DNA from: an uncultured Actinomycetes bacterium
Lineage (GTDB): Bacteria; Actinomycetota; Thermoleophilia; UBA2241
Assembly (NCBI GenBank): GCA_963725665.1
Contig: CAVRZA010000006.1
Coordinates: 64,001-128,000 of the forward strand
DNA length: 64,000 nt
Reading direction: 5' to 3'
This document shows, one piece after another, positions 1 to 10,869 of the stretch. Below the pieces are notes generated by a model, which searched no databases, had not been told where the DNA came from, and saw nothing but the letters and a program-made list of their open reading frames with translations. Position 1 is the stretch's first letter; each line of letters opens with the position of its first letter. The translations under genes and the position numbers were made by a program.

Positions 1-626
1 CGACCAACCGCTACCACCTCGGTCCCTCGGTCCTTGCCATGACCTACGTCTCGGAGGACCACTCGGAGTTCGTCGCCCTGGCCAGACCGTTCATGGAAGC
101 CCTTGTGGACCGCACGGGGGAGTCGGTCACGCTCGCGATCGAGGTCGATGGGGCCCCGGTCTGCGTCGACACGATCGACACGACGCGACCCTTCAAGCGG
201 CAGACGGCTCGCGGTCGAGTCATCGGAGATCTAGCATCTGTGCACGGCAAGGTCTTCGCGGCCTTCAAGCCGGACGAGCAACGAGCGGCCATCCTCGCTC
301 GACCCCATCCCAAGTTGACGCCGAACACCGTCACCGATCCACAGGCTCTGGCCGACGAACTCGACCTGATCGCGCGCGAGGACCTGGCTTTCGACGTGGA
401 AGGCCTCTACGTCAGCACGTGCGCTGTCGGGTCCCCGATCCGTGACCAACTGGGCGAAGTCGTCGCGGCGATATCCGTGGTCATGCCCACAGGTCGATTC
501 GGGCCCGAAGAACGCAGACTCTGCGCCGAAGCCGTGAAGAGCATCGCGACGTCGCTCTCCGCGTACCTTGGCTGGAATCCCCCCGAGTCATCACGAGACG
601 GTATCCCGTCACACGCCAGTGTGTAG
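1..626 (+). CDS. IclR-family transcriptional regulator (5'-truncated by window edge)
   Basis: C-terminal IclR effector domain (TGESVTLAIEVDG, SVHGKVFAAF, CAVGSPIRDQLG); close paralog of the IclRs at 13927 and 21901. Confidence 0.93.
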   Translation, partial: TNRYHLGPSVLAMTYVSEDHSEFVALARPFMEALVDRTGESVTLAIEVDGAPVCVDTIDTTRPFKRQTARGRVIGDLASVHGKVFAAFKPDEQRAAILARPHPKLTPNTVTDPQALADELDLIAREDLAFDVEGLYVSTCAVGSPIRDQLGEVVAAISVVMPTGRFGPEERRLCAEAVKSIATSLSAYLGWNPPESSRDGIPSHASV

Positions 627-699
627 TCAACCCTTGGTCCAGGTCCCCTCGATGGCGAAAGGACAGCGATTGAGATGACTGAAGGAAACCGCAAGAAGA

Positions 700-3307
700 G
701 TGGACGTGAGCGTCGACAAGACCGCGATCAAGTCCCTGGCCATGGGCGGCCTGCTCGGGGGCGGCGGAGAGTGTGTCGTCGACGTCAAAGACGGCAAGGC
801 CGTCAGGATCAGGCCGCTCCACTACGACTGGAAGTACGACGGCGAGCAGTTCAACGCCTGGAAGATCGAGCGCGAACGGCGAGACGCTCGAGCCGCTGAT
901 GAAGGCGCTGCCCGCCCCCTTCTCGCTCGCCTACAAGAAGAGGACCTTCTCCCCGAACCGCATCAAGTATCCCGATGAAGCGGGTCGACTGGGACCCCGA
1001 CGGCGAGAGGAACACCCAGAACCGGGGCAGGAGCAAGTACAAGAGGATCTCCTGGGACGAGGCGACGGACATCATCGCCGCAGAGATCCGGCGCATTCAC
1101 AAGAAGTACGGCCCGCTCTGCCATCCTGGCCCAGGGAGACGGGCACGGTGAGTGCAAGACGATCCACACGCCCCACGGCCATCAGGCACGTCTCCTCGAC
1201 ATGATGGGCGGATTCACGCAGCAGGTCCGCAACCCGGACAGCTGGGAGGGCTGGTACTGGGGCGCCAAGCACGTCTGGGGTCAAGGCTTCCAGGGCATGA
1301 TGTCGCCGGCCGCGAACCTCATCAAAGACATCTCCGAGAACGCCGACATGGTCCTCAAGTGGGGCTGCGACGAGGAGACCACGCCCTGGGGCTTCACGGG
1401 GCAGTACGCCAGCCCGCATCTCGCAGTTCTGGACGCGAGCCGGCATCAAGCAAGTGTACATCTGCCCGGACCTCAACTACGCGGCCGCCGTCCACGCCGA
1501 CAAGTGGATCCCCATCCTCCCCAACACCGACGCGGCGCTTCAGCTGGCCATCATCTACGTCTGGCTCACCGAGGACACCTGGAACAAGGAGTACGTCGAG
1601 ACGCACGCCGTCGGCATCGACAAGGTCGCCGACTACGTCCTCGGCAAGGAAGACGGCATCGCCAAGACGCCCGAGTGGGCATCCGCCAAGTGCGGAGTGC
1701 CCGAGTGGACCATCAAGGCGTTGGCCCGGGAGTTCGCCAAGAAGACGACCTCCATCGTCCACTACTTCGGCGGCTCCTTCATCAGAGGGCCGTACTCGCA
1801 TGAGCCCGGGCGGCTGGAGTGCGTGCTCCTGGGCATGCAGGGGCTCGGCGGGCCCGGCGTCCACCAGTGCCAGATGACCTACTTCGGCATGCCGAGGGCC
1901 GAAGGCCTGCGGAGCGTGCGCTTCTTCAACCCCGAGTTGAGTGAACGTCTCACGAAGCCCTGCTGGACCACGGTCCACGCCTGGGGACCGCAGCTCATCC
2001 CCAAGACGCTGATCCAGGACGCCATCCTCAAGCCGCCCCTCACGTTCCACGGGAGCGGCGGCCAGGAGTGCCAGACAGAGGAGCAGTTCGAGAAGTTCAC
2101 GTATCCCATCGCCAAGGAGAAGGGCGGCACTCCCATCCACATGATGTGGACCGACACCCCGTGCCGCATCACGTGCTGGAACCACGGCAACTGGACCATC
2201 GAGGCCATGCGCGACCCGAGCATCGAGTGCGTGGTCGCCCAGCATCCGTGGCTCGAGAACGACTGCCTCTACGCCGACCTGATCCTGCCGGCCAACACGA
2301 CGCTCGAGGTCGAGGACATCGTCACCAACACCCGGCAGGGCCCGCACTTCCAGAGCGTCGCCATCCAGGAGCAGGCCATCCAGCCGATCGGCGAGTCGAA
2401 GAGCGACTACGAGATCGTCCTGGCGATCGCCGAGAAGCTGGGGATGGGCGAGCAGTTCAGCGGCGGCTTCACGGTCCGCGATCTGCAGAAGATGGTCTTC
2501 GACAACATGCGCATGGAGGAGCTCACGACCTGGGAGGAGTTCGAGGAGAAGAAGTACTACGTCTACTCCGTCGCCGAGGACTGGGAGAACGACCCGCCCG
2601 GCTTCAGGCTCTTCTACGAAGACCCGAAGGCCAATCCACTGCCGACTCCGACGGGCCTGCTGGAGTTCTACTCCGAACGCCTGGCGCAGCACTTCCCGGA
2701 CGACAAGGAGAGGCCGCCTTACCCGAAGTGGATCGAGAAGGGCGAGACTCACGACGAGCGGCTCTCGAGTGAGAAGGCCGGCATGTTTCCCCTGCTCGTC
2801 ATGTCGAACCACCCGCGCTGGCGCACACACGCTCAGGGCGACGACATCAGCTGGGCCAGAGAGACACCCACCGGCAAGGTGCTCGGCTTCGACGGCTACA
2901 GGTACGAACCGGTCTGGATCAATCCGATCGACGCTGCAGGAGCGCGGCATCAAGGACGGCGACGTGGTCAAGATCTTCAACGAGAGAGGCATCGTGCTCG
3001 TCGGGCGCGCGCGTCTGGGAGAGGATCATGCCCGGCGTGGTCTACGTCGACCACGGGGCTCGCCACGACCCGATCATCCCCGGCAAGGTCGACCGCGGCG
3101 GCGCCATCAACACCATCGCACCGAACGGGATCACCTCGAAGAACGCGTGCGGCCAGGCTACGAGCGGCTACCTGGTCGACGTGCAGAAGGTCACGAAACG
3201 ACGAATGGGAAGCCTGGCGCAGGGACCACCCCGAGGCCTTCGCCAGGGAGTACGACCAGGCCGCCGGGCTGCGCTTCGACGCTTGGATCGAGGGAGGCAC
3301 GGAGTAG
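700..3307 (+). CDS. bis-MGD Mo oxidoreductase, pyrogallol transhydroxylase (AthL)-like alpha subunit, divergent paralog 1; several apparent sequencing frameshifts
   Basis: VDVKDGK..RIRPLHYD, RNPDSWEGWYWG (Ser ligand), HADKWIPILPNTDAAL, SNHPRWRTHAQGDD, DRGGAINTI; no N-terminal Fe-S motif or Tat signal; pieces in ORFs 700, 773, 1201, 1454, 2769, 3028. Confidence 0.9.
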
Positions 3308-4126
3308 ATGAAGGCATTCGTTATTGACGTCGGCCTCTGCGTGGGCTGCTACGCCTGCCAGTTCGTCTGCAAAGACGAGCACGTCGGCAACGACTGGTCG
3401 CCCATCGCCAAGCCTCAACCCGACACCGGCCAGTTCTGGATGAGGCTCGACGAGCATATCCGGGGCACCGTGCCCAAGGTCGAGATGCACTACGTGCCGA
3501 ACCCGTGCATGCACTGCGACGAGCCCCCGTGCATCCCCCCCTGCCCCGTCGAAGGCGCGATCTACAAGAGGGACGACGGGCTGGTCATCATCGACTCGGT
3601 CAAGTGCACCGGCTGCAAGGCGTGCGTCGATTCCTGCCCCTACGACGCCATCTATTTCAACGAGGACCTCAACCTCGCCCAGAAATGCACCGGCTGCGCC
3701 CACCTGCTCGACGGCGGCGAGTGGAAGACGACCCGTTGCGCCGATGCCTGCCCCACCGAGGCCATCAAGTTCGGGGAGGAGAGCGAGCTCACGGACCTGA
3801 TCGCGCAGGCCGAGGTGCTCAAGCCCGAACTGGGAGCCAAGCCCCGGGTCTACTACCTGAACATCCCCCGGAAGTTCGTCGCCGGCACGGTCTACGACCC
3901 GATCGAGAAGGAGGTCGTCATCGGGGCCACCTGCACCCTCGTCGGCTCCGGCGACGGCGACAAGCAGACCGTCGTCACCGACGCCTTCGGCGATTTCTGG
4001 TTCCGCGGTCTGGCGGACGGCACGTACTCACTCACGATCGACGCGGAGGGCTTCGCCGCCAAGAGCTACGCCGAGATCAGCACGGAGAAAGACGTGAACC
4101 TTGGCGACATACCACTGTCCAGATAG
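3308..4126 (+). CDS. Transhydroxylase beta-subunit-like Fe-S protein (four Cys-cluster motifs plus C-terminal beta-sandwich)
   Basis: CVGCYACQFVC, CMHCDEPPCIPPC, CTGCKACVDSC, CTGC..RCADAC; KPRVYY; TDAFGDFWF domain as in BthL; abuts alpha stop codon. Confidence 0.92.
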   Translation: MKAFVIDVGLCVGCYACQFVCKDEHVGNDWSPIAKPQPDTGQFWMRLDEHIRGTVPKVEMHYVPNPCMHCDEPPCIPPCPVEGAIYKRDDGLVIIDSVKCTGCKACVDSCPYDAIYFNEDLNLAQKCTGCAHLLDGGEWKTTRCADACPTEAIKFGEESELTDLIAQAEVLKPELGAKPRVYYLNIPRKFVAGTVYDPIEKEVVIGATCTLVGSGDGDKQTVVTDAFGDFWFRGLADGTYSLTIDAEGFAAKSYAEISTEKDVNLGDIPLSR

Positions 4127-4213
4127 GCGACTAGCGGGCGAGAGCGGTCGCCGCGAGACCACTCGCGCGGCCTGCCACGAAGACCCAGTCCGTGGCAAGG
4201 AGGACATCAGGAC

Positions 4214-5005
4214 ATGAGATGGGGAACGGTCATCAACCTGGCGAAGTGCATGCGCTGTCACGCCTGCATCGCCGCCTGCAGGATCGAGCACTTCCTGCCC
4301 CTCCACGTGACCTGGTCGAAGCTGATCGCCTACGAAGTGGACGAGGGTGGCGAGGTGGACGTCACCACGTACCCGGTGCGCTGCAACCAGTGTGCCGACG
4401 CTCCGTGCACGCACGTTTGCCCCACCGAAGCCTCACACCAGCGCGAGGACGGTATCGTGGTCATCGACTCGGACAAGTGCATCGGATGTCGCTACTGCGT
4501 CATCGCCTGTCCGTATCAGAACCGCACCTTCCTCTCGAAGGACAAGAACCCCGGCTACTTCCCCGGGTACGAGAAGACCAGGTTCGAGAAGAAGGGCGAG
4601 AAGCTCTACCCGCACCAGGTGGGCACCACCGAGAAGTGCAACTTCTGCGCCGAGCGTCTCGACGCCGGCATGGCTCGCGGCCTGCAACCGGGCAAGGACC
4701 GCGACGCCACGCCGGCGTGCGTGAACGTCTGTCAGGCGCGCGCCCTGACCTTTGGCGACCTCGACGACCCTGACAGCGACGTCTCGATCCTGATCCGCAA
4801 GTACAAGGGCTACCAGCTGCGCGCCGAATACGGGACGGATCCGTCGGTCTACTACATCGACTACAGGCTGGGCGGCTCGCCCTCGAACAAAGCGCCGCGT
4901 GAAGCTCAAACGGGCCATCACATCCAGCACCTCAGCTCCGTGGACCGCGACGCGTACCGGCGCATCTACGGGCACGAGCAGGCTGAGGCGGAGGTGCAGT
5001 CATGA
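4214..5005 (+). CDS. DmsB/NrfC-like 4Fe-4S electron-transfer subunit
   Basis: CMRCHACIAAC, CNQCADAPCTHVCP, CIGCRYCVIACP, KCNFC..PACVNVC, FGDLDDPDS. Confidence 0.93.
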   Translation: MRWGTVINLAKCMRCHACIAACRIEHFLPLHVTWSKLIAYEVDEGGEVDVTTYPVRCNQCADAPCTHVCPTEASHQREDGIVVIDSDKCIGCRYCVIACPYQNRTFLSKDKNPGYFPGYEKTRFEKKGEKLYPHQVGTTEKCNFCAERLDAGMARGLQPGKDRDATPACVNVCQARALTFGDLDDPDSDVSILIRKYKGYQLRAEYGTDPSVYYIDYRLGGSPSNKAPREAQTGHHIQHLSSVDRDAYRRIYGHEQAEAEVQS

Positions 5006-5982
5006 AGGTCCAGACCAACCGACAGTGGATCACCACCCACGAGTGGATGGTCAAGCCCATGCGCCAGAAGGAGTGGATCTCGGGCAAGGGCATCCTCGTG
5101 TGGCTCGCCGAGGTCTTCTCCGCGCTCGGCATGGGGACGCTACCTCGTCGGCCTGCTCGCGGGGCTCGGCGGCATCACCACCGGCGCGTGGTGGGCGACG
5201 GTGCTCGGCTGGGCTGCTCATCGTGCTCTTCAAGCTGCCGCTGCACCTGGTGTACCTGGGCCGGCCGCTGCGCTTCTGGCGCGCGATCCCGCCGTTCACC
5301 AGAGGCGTGGAAGACGTCGTGGCTCGCCCGGGGGATGTTCTTCTCGATCGTGTTCGTCGGCGCCGGCTTCCTGCAGATCGTCTTCTGGTACCTGCTGCAT
5401 TGGGTCGATCTGAGCGCCTCCGCCGCCGACATCGTGACGGTGCTCGCCTGGATCGTCGGCATCGTCGCCGGCGTGTTCATCATCCTCACCGGCGTCTATT
5501 GCGGCTTCGCCATGAGCTACTGCAAGAGCCTGCCGTTCTGGAACACCGGGCCTGCTGCCGATCGTGTTCGTCATCATGGGCATCGCCGACGGTCTGGCCC
5601 TGACGATGGGCGTCAGTCTGATGACGGGCAGAGACGTTCCCATCGAGACGCTCGAGTCCTGGAGCCGTATCGTGCTCGTGGTCAACGCCCTGCTGATCGC
5701 CGGGTACCTGATCCGCGCGTACCACAGGCACTCGACCGCCGAGCTGGCCGCTCATGACCTCATCAAGGGCAGCACGGCCTGGGTCTTCTGGATCCTCCTC
5801 GTGGTCCTCGGCATCGTCACCCCCCTGGCCATCTCATTCGTCGACCATGTTCATGGCGGAGTCGAATGCCGAGCCGCTGCTGATCGTCGCGATCATCTGT
5901 CACACCGATCGGCGCCTTCGCGCTCAAGTACTCCGTCCTCAAGGTCGGCATCTACCGGTCCGTCCTTCCAGGGGTCGCGTGA
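5002..5982 (+). CDS. NrfD/PsrC-like integral membrane anchor (frameshifted)
   Basis: Multiple TM helices, LHLVYLGRPLRFWR, SWLARG, YCGFAMS..LPFWN; ends KVGIYRSVLPGVA*; overlaps Fe-S gene by ATGA. Confidence 0.82.
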
Positions 5983-6016
5983 GGACGGCCTCCGGGCCTG
6001 TCAGGAAAGGGAGACA

Positions 6017-8215
6017 ATGGCTGACCGCAAGCAGATTCTGACGACGTGCAAGAGCTGCCACGGCGGCTGCGGCGTGATCGTCACCGTCGAGGACGGCGTG
6101 ATCGTCCACATCCAGGGCAACCCCGACTCGCTCACCAAGGGCACGATGTGCTCCAAAGGCCTCTCGAGCATCCAGCACATCGACAACCCCTACCGCGTCA
6201 AGTACCCCATGAAGCAGGTCGGGCCCAAGGGCGAGGGCAGGTGGCAGCGCATCTCGTGGGACGAAGCGCTCGACACGATCGCAGACAAGATGAAGGAAGC
6301 GATCCGCGACTACGGGCCGCACACCATCGCCGTCTCGCAGGGCACCGGCCGCGGCTACAACCGCTACACGATGAAGATGGCGCGCTCTCTCGGCACCGGC
6401 AACGCCATCACGCCGGGCTACGTCTGCCACAGCCCCCGGCTTGGCCTCTACGGCCTGGTCACTGGTTACGGACGGCTGTACTGCGACTACCACGGCTGGG
6501 GAGGGGAGTTCCCCAAGACCCAGATCTCGTGGGCCAAGCAGCTGGAGATCAGCAGCGCCGATTCCGAGATGGCGGTGTGGTTCATCAACTCGCTGGACTA
6601 CTGCAAGAACCTGATCATCATCGATCCACGCGCCAGCGCCTTCGCCTCTCGCGCGACGCTTTGGATCCAGCCCCGACCGGGCACCGACTGCGCTCTGGCC
6701 ATGGGCATGATGAACGTGATCTACGAAGAGGAGCTCTGGGACAAGGAGTTCTGCGACAACTGGACCTTCGGCTTCGACGAGCTCCGCGAGCGCGTGCGGG
6801 ACTTCACCCCTGAGAAGGTCTCCGACATCTGCTGGATCCCCAAGGAGCACGTCATCGAGGCGGCGAGGATGTGGGCCATCGATACCCCCGGCTGCATCCA
6901 GGTCGGCAGCTCGCTCGAGCGCCAGGCGAACTGCGGTCACACGCTGCGCGCCATCACCTGCCTCTTGGGCCTGGCCGGCAACATCGAGCGGCCGGGCAGC
7001 ATGATCACCTGGGTGCTCCCCGAGACCGGGCTCATCGAGGACTTCTTCCTGGAGCTGCCGATCACCGACGAGATGAAGAGCAAGATCATCGGCGGCGACA
7101 AGTACAAGATGGGCGCCGCCCGCACGTGCAACCCCGACACGATGGTCAAAGCCATCAACGCCGGCAACAGCCCCATCAAGGTGTGGTTCAGCGTGGGCGG
7201 GCAGCAGATCGTGCACATGGCCAACACCAATGAGGTCGTCGCGGCCATCGAGAAGGTCGACTTCATGGTTCACACCGATCTCTTCATGGGCCCGATGGCG
7301 GAGGCCGCGGACATCGTGCTGCCGGCCGCCCACTGGCTGGAGCTCGACGACGTCTACGACATGCACCCGCGCTTCATGATCGAGGCGCACAACAAGGTCA
7401 TCGACCCGCCCGGCGAGGCGAAGGCCGACGCGTGGATCTTCAACGAGGTCGGCAAGCGGGTCGTTCCCGACAAGTGGTTCGACGACGTCGAAGACATGCT
7501 CGATTACGAGGTCAGAAAGGGCAAGAACGGCACCATGACCTGGAAAGACTTCAGCGAGCAGCTGGTCAGCGGCTGCTTCGGCCCCGACCAGGTGTACTAC
7601 AAGTACAAGACCAACTACTGGAACGAAGGCGGAGGGTTCCCCACTCCGAGCGGCAAGTTCGAGTTCCACTCGAACCATCTCGAGTCGCTCGGGTACGACC
7701 CGCTGCCGGTATTCAGCGAGCCGGGCGAAAGCCCGGTCTCCACGCCGGAACTGTTCAAGGAGTACCCGCTTGTCATGAGCTCGGGCTTCCGGCAGCCCTT
7801 CTACTTCCTCGGTCAATACCGCAACATCCCCTGGCTGCGGAGCTACATGGAGTACCCGCAGTGCCAGCTGCACCCGGAGACGGCGGCGCAGTACGGCGTC
7901 GAGGACGGCGACATCGTCTGGATCGAGTCGCCGCGCGGCCGCGTGCGCCAGAAGCTGCGTGCCTTCCCGGGGATCAAGAAGGGCGTGCTCATGGCCACCG
8001 CCAACTGCTTCTACCCCGAGGAGCCGGCCAAGGGCTACCACGGCGTCTTCATCTCGAACCCCAACGTCCTTACGAGCAACGACCATCTCGACCCGATGTA
8101 CGGCTCACCCGATCTCACCTGCCTTCTGTGCAAGGTCTACAAAGCCAGGCCGGAGGAGCTGAAGGAGAGGGTCTTCCAGACCGAGGAGTACGGCACCGTA
8201 CCTTCCCCGGAGTGA
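6017..8215 (+). CDS. bis-MGD Mo/W oxidoreductase, acetylene hydratase-like clade, catalytic subunit
   Basis: RBS GGAAAGGGAG; CKSCHGGC..MCSKG 4Fe-4S motif, RISWDEALD, GYVCHSP Cys ligand, ADIVLPAA, TPSGKFE, SNPNVLT..DPMYGSPDL; no Tat signal. Confidence 0.9.
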   Translation: MADRKQILTTCKSCHGGCGVIVTVEDGVIVHIQGNPDSLTKGTMCSKGLSSIQHIDNPYRVKYPMKQVGPKGEGRWQRISWDEALDTIADKMKEAIRDYGPHTIAVSQGTGRGYNRYTMKMARSLGTGNAITPGYVCHSPRLGLYGLVTGYGRLYCDYHGWGGEFPKTQISWAKQLEISSADSEMAVWFINSLDYCKNLIIIDPRASAFASRATLWIQPRPGTDCALAMGMMNVIYEEELWDKEFCDNWTFGFDELRERVRDFTPEKVSDICWIPKEHVIEAARMWAIDTPGCIQVGSSLERQANCGHTLRAITCLLGLAGNIERPGSMITWVLPETGLIEDFFLELPITDEMKSKIIGGDKYKMGAARTCNPDTMVKAINAGNSPIKVWFSVGGQQIVHMANTNEVVAAIEKVDFMVHTDLFMGPMAEAADIVLPAAHWLELDDVYDMHPRFMIEAHNKVIDPPGEAKADAWIFNEVGKRVVPDKWFDDVEDMLDYEVRKGKNGTMTWKDFSEQLVSGCFGPDQVYYKYKTNYWNEGGGFPTPSGKFEFHSNHLESLGYDPLPVFSEPGESPVSTPELFKEYPLVMSSGFRQPFYFLGQYRNIPWLRSYMEYPQCQLHPETAAQYGVEDGDIVWIESPRGRVRQKLRAFPGIKKGVLMATANCFYPEEPAKGYHGVFISNPNVLTSNDHLDPMYGSPDLTCLLCKVYKARPEELKERVFQTEEYGTVPSPE

Positions 8216-8266
8216 CCAGCGCCGAAGGGGCAAATGACTGCGCAACCCGGAGTGGAGGAGGATCCG

Positions 8267-8587
8267 ATGGCGAAATACCTGATCGTGGCCACCTACAGCC
8301 CCGACGGCATGAAGGGCGTCATCAGAGAAGGCGGCAGCGGCCGCCGCTCGACCATCGCCGACATCGTGAAGAACCTCGACGGCTCGTTGGAGGCTTTCTA
8401 CTACGCCTTCGGCGAGAACGATGTGTACAGCATCGTCGATCTTCCCGACAACGTCACCGCGGCCGCGATGGCCATGCACATCACCGCGGCGGGGATGAGC
8501 AGGTGCGACGTCACGGTGCTGCTGACGCCGGAGGAGATCGACAAGGCCGCCAGGACCAAGATGTGGTTCAGGCCACCCGGGGCGTGA
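8267..8587 (+). CDS. GYD-domain protein
   Basis: MAKYLIVATYSPDGMKG..GSLEAFYYAFGENDVYSIVDLPD..LLTPEEIDKA; RBS GGAGGAGG. Confidence 0.85.
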   Translation: MAKYLIVATYSPDGMKGVIREGGSGRRSTIADIVKNLDGSLEAFYYAFGENDVYSIVDLPDNVTAAAMAMHITAAGMSRCDVTVLLTPEEIDKAARTKMWFRPPGA

Positions 8588-8670
8588 GCGACGAGCGAAC
8601 GCACAGCGGCCGCGGCCGGCGTCGGCTGAACTGGGCAATCCGCTCCCCGACATGGCGGCGGTGCCGGATC

Positions 8671-8704
8671 GGGGGAGGCTCCACGATTCGCGTGAAGCCT
8701 CCCC
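8671..8704. terminator. GC-rich hairpin between convergent operons
   Basis: GGGGAGGCTCCACG-attcg/c-CGTGAAGCCTCCCC; near-identical arms at 16201. Confidence 0.7.
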
Positions 8705-8747
8705 GCTCGTCATCAAGCCACGCGACTTCTAGCCGCGCACACCCTGC

Positions 8748-10127
8748 TCAGTACCCCTTCAGGATGTCGATCATGATGTCGGTGGCCTTCAGGGCGTACT
8801 CCCTGGGCACCGTCAGCGGAGGCATGAAGCGGAAGACGTTGGCGTGACGTCCGCAGGGAGTCATGAGGATGCCGCTGTTGAGCAGCTTAATGGCGATCTC
8901 GCCGACGTACTTGCCCTCCAGAGGCTCCTTGGTCTTTCTGTCGGCGACGACCTCGATGCCGACCATGAGACCGTTGCCGCGCACGTCGCCGATGCACTTC
9001 ACCTGCGGCATGGCGTCGACGAAGAGGCCCTTGATCTCCTCGCCCAGCGTGGCGGCCCGGCCCATGAGGTCCATCTGCCGGGTCGGTGATGATGTCGATG
9101 TTCGTCATGCAGACCTCGCAGCCCATGGCGTTGCCGGCGAAGGTGCTCGGCTGCGAGCCCTCCGCCAGGCTGGCCTCCATGTCGGCCCGATACGTCACGC
9201 CGGCCATGGGCATGTCGCCGCCCATGCCCTTGCCCCAGGTCAGCATGTCGGGGACCACGCTCGAGTGCTCGATGGCCCACATCTTGCCGGTGCGCCCGGC
9301 GCCGGCCTGGACCTCGTCGGCGATGTAGAGACAGCCGTACTTCTCGCACGCCTGCTTGACGAGCTCCAGGAACTCCGGAGGTGGAACGACGTAGCCACCC
9401 TCGCCCTGCTGCGCTTCGACGATCACCGCAGCCACGTCGTCGAGACCTGTATACGGCGTGTTGAGCACGTAGTCGACGTACTTGCCGCACTGCACCTCGC
9501 AGTCGGGATAGGTCATACCGAAGGCGCAGCGATAGCAGTAGGCATAGGGAAGGTGGGTGACGCCCGGGATCAGGGGTCCCCAGCCGTGGCGATAGCCGTA
9601 CCCGGTCGTCAGGGCGGCGCTGCCGCACCAGACGCCGTGATAGGCGCCCTGGAAGGCGATGATCTGCGATCTGCCGGTGTGAGCGCGGGCGAACTTGATG
9701 GCCGTCTCGACGGCGTCGACTGCCGGCCTGATAGACGGCCGTGTGGCAGTTGCCCCTGAGGCCCTCGGGCATGACCCCGGAGACCTTCTTGGCCAGCTCG
9801 ATGCGCTTGGGGTTGGTGATGTCGGTGGTGTGCATGATGACGTCGCACTGACGGCGGATCGCCTCCAGCACCTTCGGGTGGCCGCGGCCGACGGCGTTGA
9901 CGGCGACGCCGGCGGCCATGTCGATGTAGAGGTTGCCGTCGGCGTCGTAGACAGTGACTCCCTTGCCGTGCTCCAGGATCACCGGGAAGCCGCCGCCGCC
10001 ACGAGTGAACGACTCGTACTTGGCCGACTCGGCCATCAGCGCAGCTGACCTTGGGACCGGGGACCTGCGTCACCATGCGGGGCGCATCGGGGAAGGACAA
10101 CTCCATCAGTTCGGACTCAGCGATCAT
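8748..10127 (-). CDS. Class III PLP aminotransferase (GabT-like), frameshifted
   Basis: DADGNLYIDMAAGVAV..GRGHP, FQGAYHG, EAQQGEGG, ADEVQAGAGRTG, MLTWGKGMGG, DVRGNGLM, FRFMPPL. Confidence 0.9.
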
Positions 10128-10149
10128 TCCTTCTCTCCTGATCATGCGA

Positions 10150-10864
10150 CGCACCTCAGTCCCCACACCAAGATGCCTGCCCTTGATGCTCTCGTTGTCG
10201 ATCAGCTCTTCCGGTGTCGACTCATAGACAATAGAACCCTTGCTCATGATGTAGACGTAGTCGGCGACTTCCATCGCCATGCCGAAGTCCTGCTCCACCA
10301 GGAGGATCGAGTGGCCCGCTCGCCTTGAGCTGCTCGATCACCCTGAACACCTCCTGCAACGACTATGGGCGCCAGCCCCTCAGAGGGCTCGTCCAACAAG
10401 ATCAGGTCGGGGTTGGTCATGAGGGCTCGGGCGATCGTCAACATCTGCTGTTCGCCGCCGCTCAGGAGGTTGCCCTTGTTCTTGCTCCGTTCTTTCAGCT
10501 TGGGAAAGAGCGTGAACACCTTCTCCAGCGTCCAGGGGTCCTGTTTGTCGCCGGTCCGGGCGGCCATCGTCAGGTTCTCGGTCACCGACAGCGACGGGAA
10601 GATCATCCTCCCCTGAGGGACGAGGCCGATGCCCAGCCGGGCGATCCTGAAGGGCGGCAGGCCGACGATGTTCTGGCCGTTCGAGGACGATGGCGCCCCG
10701 GCGCGGCGGCGTGAGCCCAATGATGGAACGGATGGTCGTCGTCTTTCCCATGCCGTTCCTGCCCAGGAGAGCGACGCAGGTCGCGTCCTTGACCTGCAGG
10801 GATACGCCCTGGAGCATGTAGCTGTCGCCGTACCAGGTGTGGATGTCATCTGCAGCTCGATCAT
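10150..10864 (-). CDS. Branched-chain amino acid-type ABC transporter ATPase (LivF-like), frameshifted; 3' end approximate
   Basis: LLGRNGMGKTT, LVPQGRMIF, LSGGEQQML, LLDEPSEGLAP, VEQ. Confidence 0.88.
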
Positions 10865-10869
10865 CGCTC

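Noticed and set aside
1394-2992. Long antisense or alternate-frame ORFs (also 5939-8086, 17680-19548, 40141-42150, 51452-53899)
   Set aside because: Shadow ORFs expected from high GC3 codon bias opposite genes with clear family motifs.
5564-8215. 883-aa ORF suggesting an NrfD-molybdoenzyme fusion
   Set aside because: An indel near 5845 moves the NrfD tail into the next frame; NrfD has its own stop at 5982 and the enzyme has an RBS and ATG at 6017.
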